A DNA stretch of 32,000 nucleotides, from contig CP060222.1 of assembly GCA_023898425.1 (NCBI GenBank), forward strand, positions 810,001-842,000, in the 5' to 3' direction. Source of the DNA: Candidatus Saccharimonadota bacterium. Lineage in GTDB: Bacteria > Patescibacteriota > Patescibacteriia > 2-12-FULL-60-25. The position numbers and the translations under genes were made by a program. Position 1 is the first letter of the stretch; every line of letters starts with the position of its first letter. Positions 1-7,852 of this stretch are shown here, one piece after another. The notes beneath the pieces were generated by a model. It was not told the DNA's origin. It searched no databases and saw nothing but the letters and a program-made list of their open reading frames with translations.

Positions 1-1
1 A

Positions 2-805
2 GGTGGCTTTATCCCTGGTACACAAATTTCTGGCAAAGTAGGCAGCGCTTCAGGTGCGCTTTATGATCAATTACAGAAACTTGATACGCAATTCATCAAT
101 GAAGAGACGCCTAATGCTTATAAAGAAGCTGCCAAAGAGACAGTCGAAGAAGCTGAATGGACTAATGCCATTAATAAAGCAAAGGCAAAACTCGCAAAAA
201 CTGAAGTCGCAAAACCTGTAGTGACGTCCACAAAAACTGAGACCATCGACTCACCAGTTGATCAACGCAATGAACAACAGGATCGTGAAGTTGCTTGGCT
301 AGCAGCCTTCTCCAAAGAAGATGCTGCCAAGGCCTATAAGCTTATGGTGCCTGATGCATCAGCCGCTACACTTAAAGCTGTTACAGCTCGTGCAATGGCA
401 GACACCTATCGAGCAATGGCTACCGAAGAACAAATGATAGAAGCAAAGACAAAAAGCCGCGTCACAAAAGCTGATAAAGAACGTCTCAAAGCGGTCAAAG
501 CGCAGCTCGCCGCTGTCAAAGCATTTGCAGCCACTGTTACTGTTGAACTTACAGAAGAAGACCTACTTGATGTAGAAGATAGCGAAGAAACGAAGATGGC
601 CCAGGTATCTGCACAAGGGCGTGAAGAAATGACCGCCTTTGAAGCTCGTAAGGCCGAGAACGACGCAAAACAAGCTCGCTTAAAGGAGCAAGATCGTCAA
701 GAAGCCCAAAAAACCGCTAAAGCCGTTCGATCAAGAGCGGTACCGCCACTCGCAAAGTCTTTACAAGGCACAATAAAACCAAGATCAAATAAGAAGGCTG
801 GCTAA
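2..805 (+). CDS. hypothetical Ala/Lys/Glu-rich (coiled-coil-like) protein, C-terminal part; 5' end lies outside the window
   Basis: Frame 2 is open from position 2, with no stop before the GTG at 221 given in the ORF track. It ends at TAA 803-805 and is followed by an intrinsic terminator. Confidence 0.55.
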   Translation, partial: GGFIPGTQISGKVGSASGALYDQLQKLDTQFINEETPNAYKEAAKETVEEAEWTNAINKAKAKLAKTEVAKPVVTSTKTETIDSPVDQRNEQQDREVAWLAAFSKEDAAKAYKLMVPDASAATLKAVTARAMADTYRAMATEEQMIEAKTKSRVTKADKERLKAVKAQLAAVKAFAATVTVELTEEDLLDVEDSEETKMAQVSAQGREEMTAFEARKAENDAKQARLKEQDRQEAQKTAKAVRSRAVPPLAKSLQGTIKPRSNKKAG

Positions 806-807
806 TC

Positions 808-836
808 AAAAAACTCCGTTTATACGGAGTTTTTTA
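808..836 (+). terminator. rho-independent terminator
   Basis: Stem ACTCCGT (813-819) pairs with ACGGAGT (824-830), loop TTAT, then a T-run. Confidence 0.75.
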
Positions 837-848
837 TTTGATTAAAAT

Positions 849-878
849 ATTGACAAAATATTATATTTCTGTTAGGTT
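849..878 (+). promoter_or_regulatory. sigma70-like promoter: -35 TTGACA (850-855), 17-nt spacer, -10 TAGGTT (873-878)
   Basis: Consensus -35 embedded in the 12-mer ATTGACAAAATA (849-860). The same 12-mer recurs at 18244 and 19927. Confidence 0.5.
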
Positions 879-897
879 CATTTCTACGAGGTGCACC

Positions 898-1689
898 ATG
901 AAAACAGAAGACGCAGCCATTACACCACATGATTTCGATGGTCATTTTAGCCCATTTAGCTATCCCATCACCGAAATCTTTTGGATGCTCACCGAACTCG
1001 GTGAGCATGGCCTCTCAACGCGTGCAGATCACGACCATCTCTTTGCAGCGCTAGAGGAGATCTATACACATGTACCTTCTGAGGTCTTTACCTCAGAAGA
1101 TGATTATATGGTGTTAGATCCATACTCAGATAAGCCTACGGGACTTGAGCTGAATAACTTTGGTTGGCAACTCGCCGACGAAGGCAATACCATTGATCAC
1201 GAAGAACATTTTCACGAAAATGAGCTCAATCTCTTTCGTTGTGGCATTGATAATAAAACGCGAGAGATTCTCGTAGCAATGGCTACCGATCCTTGCCGTA
1301 AGGATCACCTATTCGGACTTCATCCGAAGCAGCTACAAGCGACCCTAGACTCGTTCGAGAAAAAAGTGATTGCTGAACGCAAGAGCAGCCATGCTCGACG
1401 ATTTGTTTTGCACCGTTGCGCGAAGCTCTATCGCAATCTCCTTGCGCATATCGCTCATGCAACAGAGCCAGGGTTTCTGACGGTTACCTCGCGAATACAA
1501 CGCGATCCTTTTATGGTCCCAAGAGCGGATCATCAGGCCCAAAAGGCACGCTCGATTTATCGAAAGCACCTTGCCCTATATGAAAGCGAACTAAAGCGAT
1601 TGGAAGGCAAAGATCTTCAAACGAAGACTGAACCAACGCCATCCAAAAGTCGTCCTATGCTCCGCCTCATTCTTGGTGGAGCCATCTGA
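898..1689 (+). CDS. hypothetical protein (263 aa), orphan
   Basis: ATG at 898 is preceded by GAGGTG (888-893). The ORF-track start at 838 overlaps the promoter. Own terminator downstream. Confidence 0.7.
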   Translation: MKTEDAAITPHDFDGHFSPFSYPITEIFWMLTELGEHGLSTRADHDHLFAALEEIYTHVPSEVFTSEDDYMVLDPYSDKPTGLELNNFGWQLADEGNTIDHEEHFHENELNLFRCGIDNKTREILVAMATDPCRKDHLFGLHPKQLQATLDSFEKKVIAERKSSHARRFVLHRCAKLYRNLLAHIAHATEPGFLTVTSRIQRDPFMVPRADHQAQKARSIYRKHLALYESELKRLEGKDLQTKTEPTPSKSRPMLRLILGGAI

Positions 1690-1704
1690 GAATGCTGGTT
1701 ACGA

Positions 1705-1741
1705 AAACCCTCCCATGCCTACTAGCAGGGAGGGTATTTTG
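1705..1741 (+). terminator. rho-independent terminator
   Basis: ACCCTCCC (1707-1714) pairs with GGGAGGGT (1728-1735), followed by ATTTT. Confidence 0.65.
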
Positions 1742-1742
1742 A

Positions 1743-1771
1743 TTGACAATTTATTATAGATCTATTACTCT
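1743..1771 (+). promoter_or_regulatory. sigma70-like promoter: -35 TTGACA (1743-1748), 17-nt spacer, -10 TACTCT
   Basis: Consensus -35 hexamer about 50 nt upstream of the ATG at 1799. SD GGAGG lies 4 nt before the ATG. Confidence 0.45.
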
Positions 1772-1798
1772 GCGCGAGCACATTTTATTGGAGGCAAC

Positions 1799-2491
1799 AT
1801 GAAGACACTCAAAGCTCGCTATCGTCATTGGGAACAACTCGTTTCTTCTATCGATCATCATCTGGGCCATGATATGTCACGCTCGAATATGCCTGGCCCT
1901 TGTAGCCAGGCTCTTCTCTACTTGGTTGATAGCCATGAACAAAGGCATATAAGCACGGATAACGTCGAAGTAGCCCTAGAGCCTCTTCGAGCTATTATGA
2001 AGACAGCCTCAAGAGACCGGTTTCTCAATAAAAACCCTGAGCACACATTTGTTCTTTGGATGGCATCCTTGTGCAAAATGGAACCTCAATGGATGAAAAC
2101 GAACTACCGTTATCTGACAAATGAGATTCGTCATGCTTATGTCAGTGCTTGCTTTGCGGTTCAAGTAGACGGGCTTGAACCATCATCCTGCTTAAGAGAC
2201 TACAATGTCTTGCTCAATACACGTGATAAGCACGCTGATCATCTACCGACCTTCTGTGCTTTGCAACTTGTCTTGCGAATCTACGAGGATATTCTGATCC
2301 ACCTCGCTTATCAGTGTCAGCCGACACGTGAGCTTGTCGAAACCTGGTACTGTGTAGATAGCGACCATACGCTCTTTGACAAAGCGCTTCGTGACTACCA
2401 AGAAGATGTTGATTCATATTTGAATATCTTGCATCCGCAAGACAAGTCACCTTCGCCACGACCTAGAGCAACTCTTACGTTAGTTCGCTGA
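1799..2491 (+). CDS. hypothetical protein (230 aa), orphan
   Basis: ATG with GGAGG SD, plus own promoter and terminator. No family recognised. Confidence 0.7.
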   Translation: MKTLKARYRHWEQLVSSIDHHLGHDMSRSNMPGPCSQALLYLVDSHEQRHISTDNVEVALEPLRAIMKTASRDRFLNKNPEHTFVLWMASLCKMEPQWMKTNYRYLTNEIRHAYVSACFAVQVDGLEPSSCLRDYNVLLNTRDKHADHLPTFCALQLVLRIYEDILIHLAYQCQPTRELVETWYCVDSDHTLFDKALRDYQEDVDSYLNILHPQDKSPSPRPRATLTLVR

Positions 2492-2516
2492 AGTAAGAGT
2501 TAGCGCAAAAATAACA

Positions 2517-2556
2517 TCGACCCAACGGAATACTCCGATGGGTCGAATTTATTTTG
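2517..2556. terminator. bidirectional intrinsic terminator between convergent genes
   Basis: TCGACCCA (2517-2524) pairs with TGGGTCGA (2539-2546). T-rich tracts follow on both strands. Confidence 0.7.
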
Positions 2557-2571
2557 TCGATTTTTCTTTTT

Positions 2572-4374
2572 TTACGATAACCGCTTCTTGTTTTCTTCAA
2601 CGGTCTTTGTAATGAACGCTTCTTTGCTTATCGTGATTTGATCTTGTTGACCACGAATACGCACCGTAAGATCTCCGCCTTCAACTTCTTTATCCCCTAC
2701 GACAATCATGCGTGGGTATTTCATTTTTTCTGCATTACGAATCTTTTTACCAACAGATTCTGTTGAATCATCAATATCAACACGGAGATCATGTGACTCA
2801 AGTTCGGTAGCTAAAGCTTTTGCAAATTCTACGTGACGATCAGCAACCGGCAAGATAACGATCTGCGTTGGTGCGAGCCAAAGCGGAAACGATCCGGCAA
2901 AGTGCTCAATCGCTACACCTGAGAATCGCTCCAACGAACCTAGAATTGCGCGATGAATCATCACCGGGCGTTGTTTTGTGCCATCCTCGGCAACATATTC
3001 GAGCTCAAATCGTTCAGGGAGGTTAAAGTCGAGCTGAATCGTTGCTAGCTGCCATTTACGTCCAATCGAGTCTTGGGCCATGAAATCAATTTTTGGTCCA
3101 TAGAAGGCAGCCTCACCCTCTCCAACTTCATATTCTTGGTCTACTGACACAAGTAAATTCATTAATGACTTCTCCGCGCTCGTCCAGACCTCGTCACTAC
3201 CAAGATACTTTTCTGGTGCTCCTGGGTCACGCACAGACAAGCGCGCTTTGAGCGACATCCCCATTACCGAGTAGAAGCCCTCAATGATACGATAAATAGC
3301 TAGCGCCTCTGCTTCAATTTGATCAGGTCGACAAAAAACGTGAGCATCGTCTTGCGTGATAGAACGTACACGTGTGAGACCTGCGAGTTGTCCGGTATTT
3401 TCATCACGATATACCGTTGTCACTTCAGACAAACGCAAAGGCAAATCACGATACGAACGAGGCTTCGATGCAAAGATCTGGGTGTGATGCGGACAATTCA
3501 TCGGCTTTAACACAAACGCATCATCGGTTTTTTTGCTTGAGACATGAAAAAGATCATCTTCAAATTTATCCCAGTGACCTGATGTTTTATAAAGATCCGT
3601 CTTGGCGATATGAGGAATCCAAACACGTTGATAGCCATATGGCTTCATCAAATCCCAAACAAAGTCCGTGAGGTTTTGACGCAATTGATAACCGCGCGGT
3701 GTAAACAGTGGCAATCCAGAACCAACGAGTGGTGAGAAAGCAAAAAGATCGAGTTCAACACCGAGTTTACGGTGATCACGCTTTTCAGCTTCGGCCATCA
3801 TGTACTCGTAGTCTTTGAGCTCTTGCTCAGTAGCAAAACAAAGACCATAGATACGCGTCATTTGTGGATTCTCCGCTTTACCGCGCCAATAAGCGCCAGC
3901 TACTTTATTGAGTTTTATAATACCGATTTCATTTGCTGTTGTGACATGTGGGCCTCGACATAAATCAACAAAGTCACCTGTACGATAGAGTGTGATCGAA
4001 CCGATATTTTGCGGATCTACATCTTGCGCTTCTTCGGCACTTACCTTGGTTGTACCCTTTGTTTTGAGATCGTTTAAAAGCTCCACTTTATACGTTTGAC
4101 CAAGATCCGTAAAAAGCTTAATACCTTCGTCAAGCGTGATTTCTTCGCGTGTAAACGCCGGTTTTTCGTTCATGATCCGACGCATTTCTTTTTCGATTAG
4201 CTTAAGATCATCTTCGGTGATTGGTTTTGCTGTATCAACATCATAGTAAAAACCATTTTCAATAGCAGGACCAATACCAAGCTTTGCCTCAGGATAAAGA
4301 CGCTTAATAGCAGCTGCCATGACATGTGCGGCGCTGTGACGACGAGTTTCGATTGGATAGGATGGTGAAGACAT
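2572..4374 (-). CDS. thrS: threonyl-tRNA synthetase (600 aa), starting at the editing/SAD domain with no N-terminal TGS domain
   Basis: N-terminus RRHSAAHVMAAAIKRLYP, DHRKLG motif, class II core and C-terminal anticodon-binding region. Typical ThrRS layout recognised from memory. Confidence 0.93.
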   Translation of the reverse strand: MSSPSYPIETRRHSAAHVMAAAIKRLYPEAKLGIGPAIENGFYYDVDTAKPITEDDLKLIEKEMRRIMNEKPAFTREEITLDEGIKLFTDLGQTYKVELLNDLKTKGTTKVSAEEAQDVDPQNIGSITLYRTGDFVDLCRGPHVTTANEIGIIKLNKVAGAYWRGKAENPQMTRIYGLCFATEQELKDYEYMMAEAEKRDHRKLGVELDLFAFSPLVGSGLPLFTPRGYQLRQNLTDFVWDLMKPYGYQRVWIPHIAKTDLYKTSGHWDKFEDDLFHVSSKKTDDAFVLKPMNCPHHTQIFASKPRSYRDLPLRLSEVTTVYRDENTGQLAGLTRVRSITQDDAHVFCRPDQIEAEALAIYRIIEGFYSVMGMSLKARLSVRDPGAPEKYLGSDEVWTSAEKSLMNLLVSVDQEYEVGEGEAAFYGPKIDFMAQDSIGRKWQLATIQLDFNLPERFELEYVAEDGTKQRPVMIHRAILGSLERFSGVAIEHFAGSFPLWLAPTQIVILPVADRHVEFAKALATELESHDLRVDIDDSTESVGKKIRNAEKMKYPRMIVVGDKEVEGGDLTVRIRGQQDQITISKEAFITKTVEENKKRLS

Positions 4375-4548
4375 AGTGTATGAAGAGAAAAGAAATGAGC
4401 CAAATAACCCAAAGGGCTATTTGGCTCGGGACCGTGGCAAGCCACGGTGGTTCCACCCGAGTTCCCCGAGTTTCGTCGGGGCGCTCATTCTGCAATTGTC
4501 TGCGTCTGGTTGGTGAGTCCAGAAGGATGTAACTATAGTGGCAAACTC
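4375..4548 (-). promoter_or_regulatory. T-box-like riboswitch leader of thrS (antiterminator plus terminator)
   Basis: Minus strand reads CUCGGG-UGGAACC-ACCGUGG-CUUG-CCACGGU-CCCGAG (plus coordinates 4425-4461). This matches the GGGUGGNACC T-box core with a 7-nt bulge between two helices. A terminator hairpin follows directly. Confidence 0.6.
4381..4427 (-). terminator. intrinsic terminator (T-box expression platform)
   Basis: 14-bp stem GAGCCAAAUAGCCC/GGGUUAUUUGGCUC (4397-4427), followed on the minus strand by AUUUCUUUUCUCUUC. Its 5' arm overlaps the antiterminator by 3 nt. Confidence 0.7.
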
Positions 4549-5840
4549 TTATTCAACCGTCAAATTGATGCGATCTTTAAGGGTTGGGATCGTGTCTAGC
4601 CATTGTGGCTTAATCGTGATCGTAACGGACTCAACACCGTCTACCGCTTTAAGAATTGCTTCTGCTTCGCCTTTTGTTTTGCCTGCAATAACGGAAGATT
4701 GCAGCAATGGACTTTGCGGACTTAGGCGATACTGAGCATCTGAGCTGACGCGAATCGTTGCTGTTTCAGATTGTGGATCAGAACTTTCGAGAGCATAGGT
4801 GGTATTACCATTATCTGCTGGGACAAATTCACGACCTTGTGGCACGCGCTCCTTCATTCTTGAGCGAATGAGTGACTGCATATCTTCTTGCGTATAGTAG
4901 ATAATCGTTACATCAAGCTTAACCGATGTAAGGAATGACTCGGTAACTTGTCCAATGGTGACATTGCTTTTCTTTTCGATCACGTTATACACAACAATTG
5001 GTTGTAACGATTCGCGATTAGGGATATCAGCCGTGAGTGTCTCGGTTGCCTTTTTTAACACTGCTTCAGTGAGTTGTTTTTCTGCACGATCAATATCTGC
5101 AAATGTGACGGGCTTTCCTTTGCCTGTAGCAACAACGGGTGCTGCCGTTGTTGGTGTTGAAGTCTGCGAGGATTCAACCGTGCCACGTGGTACAGCAGTG
5201 AATGCGGTGTCAGATACACCGTAAATATGTTTTTGTAAGTCGATATAGAGACCCGGAATCGTAAAATTTGTCGGGCCGATGGCAAATTCTGTACCCGGTT
5301 TATCAGCGTAAACATCTACCGTAACTGATCCACCAGAAGGTACCGTAATGGTTTTATCGATGCGATAGAGTTTTCCGTCGGTGGTTAATAAACGCGTTGT
5401 TTTAACTAAAGGCTGGTCTTTTGAGTATTTATTTACGATTTTTACCTTACCGCGAGCGATAACGTCTTGATTAACAGGGGGTGGCGTTGGCTCAATCGGT
5501 GTTGTTGTTACTGCCGTTGGTGGAGCGACGTCTTCTTCGACGTCCATTACCTGAAATTCTTGCGTACGATCAAATACACCTTGTAATACACGTCCTGGGA
5601 TTTGACCTGCTCGTGCTGTTTTTGAAACCTCAACAACGCCGTCTAAGCGCACACTTTCCTTTTTAACACGGACGATGATATCAGCCCTTACCGAGGTAAG
5701 CCAAAGCACCAAGGTAATAATCGCTACTGTAAGCGCAATAAAGACATACGCTATCTTGCGATAGACGCTTGTACGCGCTGATGTTGAGAAGGTTGGGGCC
5801 GAAATATGGACCGCGCCTGGACGCCGTCTTGGAGGGTGCA
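4549..5840 (-). CDS. membrane-anchored protein, baseplate J/gp47-like family (as such CPR proteins are usually annotated)
   Basis: N-terminal TM segment IAYVFIALTVAIITLVLWL. Motif KVKIVNKYSKDQPLVKTTRLLTTDGKLYRI...FTIPG resembles baseplate-J-like proteins (from memory). I chose the ATG at 5840; the alternative GTG at 5862 overlaps a putative extended -10 element. Confidence 0.5.
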
Positions 5841-5865
5841 TAGTTATAATGGAGTATACCACAGT

Positions 5866-5898
5866 TTATCCACTTTTTCTTCAAACTTATCCACTTTT
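5866..5898. repeat. two direct 12-nt repeats TTATCCACTTTT (5866-5877, 5887-5898) containing DnaA-box-like TTATCCAC
   Basis: Exact 12-mer twice, 21 nt apart, in a 37-59 nt intergenic gap just upstream of TGgTATACT (rc of 5853-5861). Confidence 0.6.
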
Positions 5899-5899
5899 G

Positions 5900-7852
5900 T
5901 TATTTTTTCACGACGCCTTTTCCTTTTGCGCCATCGTCATCAAGAAGGTCGGTTGAGAGCGCTGTACTATTTTGCGTAATTGCTTCATTTAAAAGGCTAT
6001 CCTTAGCGGTAAACAGCATGCCGGTTGTTAATGGAGCAAATCTACCGCTATCAAGAGGATTTGGCGTTAATACAAGATCAAATGACACTTCGGCAAGCGA
6101 AACGTCCTCTGGCAATTTATTTAATGACCAGCGTAATTCTCTGGTTGATGTTGTAAAGACGAGTGAGCCTGCACCAATTTCTTTTGACCCACCAAATACA
6201 ACAGATTCAGGCAATGTTGTTGTAACGGTTACGGCATCAAGTTCATGAAGACTCTTTTCTATCGCCCAATATACTCTGTACGTAGTAGGCTCTCCGACAA
6301 CTGGCGGTAATGGACCAGAACCAATTGGTGCGCCCTCTTCGGTAAAATAACGCGCTGTACCAACAAATACCGCATCTGATCGATAGCGTAAGCTTAATGG
6401 CTGCGTAGAGATAGAACGCTGAACCTCTTGTTCACCAACACGTCCCACCTTGCCCGTAGATACAATGCGAATCACTGCATCATTTGTAGGCTTTGTAACC
6501 GCTAGCGTTGGTAAAGTAATATCAATCGTTCCACGATCGCCGGGTTTTAGCGATGCGAGGGCAGGAATACTCTTTTTATCATAAAGAAGAGTCTGAATGC
6601 GAGTCTTAGTGCTCGTAACACCCTTATTTGTATCATCAAGGGTTGACCAAGATAAAAATGACGTGCCCGTTGCTGATTTTCCATCCCTTAGTGATTCAAA
6701 GGCGAGCAATAATGATACATCAGACAAAGTATCTGCACTTGTATTTGAATAGGCTACCGTCACACGCACAGGATCTCCTGGCGAAATACTGCGCCCGGTA
6801 TTTGAGCCATTTGCAATTACCTGAATTGAAAGATCGCTCGCTAATACAGGCGCTGATGTTGAGGCACTATAAATCGCAATTGCGGCTTTTTCATATTGCT
6901 GTTTGATATCTGCGTAGAAGGACTGCTCCCCTGATACGCCTGCAGCAAATGCCCCCTGAAAACGAATCGTTGTTGTAGCTTCTGCGCCAAAACGAGGGAT
7001 AGATGCTAAAAATGTATGCGTAGAAGTATTTGCTGACGTCGAGGATGCTTGAGGAACAAATGCTTCTGGATAACGAATCGCAATATCTAATTTTTCTAGA
7101 TCCGTTTTGCCCGTATTTTTTAGATCAAGTGCAATTTCTATCTCATCACCTGCCACTATACGCGGCGGCACCGACCAATTGCCTTCGATAATTGATGATT
7201 TCATCGCGATAGATTTTGTTGATAAGGCATCTTTAATATCAGTAGCGCCTTGATCAGGAGCGGTAAGTACAGCTTGTAGTGCCGTTGTATCACCGATACG
7301 TCCAAAAGGAATACCTCGCAACGTAACCTTTCCTTCTGCGCCAGGAGCCACGAGACCAAGTTTCCAGGACATTGTATCGCGATCAATTGGCCATGGGTCC
7401 ATATAAGTAACCTGTAATACTGGTGGGATCCCTAATCGTATCTCTACATCCTGGACTGCCTGAAATGAAGCGTTTTTCCATTCGATAACATATTCCGTCT
7501 CTTCTCCAATAACAACATCTTCTGGGCCTTGAATGCTTACCTGTAATGCCGCCACCTCTTGTTTTGAATGCGGCTGTAAAACAGAAAGTCCCCACCAAGA
7601 CAAGCCTGAGATAACACAAAGCGCGATACTAATAGAAACAAACCATTTCACCCACCACCAAGAACTCCCCTGTTGCATCTCTTTTAAGTCGCCACTCTCC
7701 GCATAGATTTTTTCGAGGCCCTTTTCCATTTCTTCTTCTTGGGACTTCATCTCATCCGTATTGGTATCAAAGCGAAAAAAAGCGCGTTTCCAAGGCTTAG
7801 CCGTGGTACGTTCTCGCTTTGCTTTAGGTTCTTTTGGCTGTTGCTCGCTCAT
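5900..7852 (-). CDS. membrane-anchored surface protein with DUF11/CARDB-like Ig-fold repeats (650 aa)
   Basis: One TM segment (WWWVKWFVSISIALCVISGLSWWGL) followed by repeated beta-rich segments of the type VxIxxxGPxxVxxGEExxYxIxxKN. The ATG overlaps the upstream stop (ATGA). Confidence 0.55.
   Translation of the reverse strand: MSEQQPKEPKAKRERTTAKPWKRAFFRFDTNTDEMKSQEEEMEKGLEKIYAESGDLKEMQQGSSWWWVKWFVSISIALCVISGLSWWGLSVLQPHSKQEVAALQVSIQGPEDVVIGEETEYVIEWKNASFQAVQDVEIRLGIPPVLQVTYMDPWPIDRDTMSWKLGLVAPGAEGKVTLRGIPFGRIGDTTALQAVLTAPDQGATDIKDALSTKSIAMKSSIIEGNWSVPPRIVAGDEIEIALDLKNTGKTDLEKLDIAIRYPEAFVPQASSTSANTSTHTFLASIPRFGAEATTTIRFQGAFAAGVSGEQSFYADIKQQYEKAAIAIYSASTSAPVLASDLSIQVIANGSNTGRSISPGDPVRVTVAYSNTSADTLSDVSLLLAFESLRDGKSATGTSFLSWSTLDDTNKGVTSTKTRIQTLLYDKKSIPALASLKPGDRGTIDITLPTLAVTKPTNDAVIRIVSTGKVGRVGEQEVQRSISTQPLSLRYRSDAVFVGTARYFTEEGAPIGSGPLPPVVGEPTTYRVYWAIEKSLHELDAVTVTTTLPESVVFGGSKEIGAGSLVFTTSTRELRWSLNKLPEDVSLAEVSFDLVLTPNPLDSGRFAPLTTGMLFTAKDSLLNEAITQNSTALSTDLLDDDGAKGKGVVKK

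Noticed and set aside
4197-4495. Small minus-strand ORFs (82 and 63 aa) overlapping the thrS start and leader.
   Set aside because: They are out-of-frame overlaps of thrS and of the T-box/terminator structure, with no independent signals.
5866-5898. The two DnaA-box-like repeats as a replication origin.
   Set aside because: There are only two boxes, with no AT-rich unwinding element, and no dnaA, dnaN or other origin-linked genes nearby. The repeats sit inside an operon-internal promoter region, so a regulatory site is more plausible.
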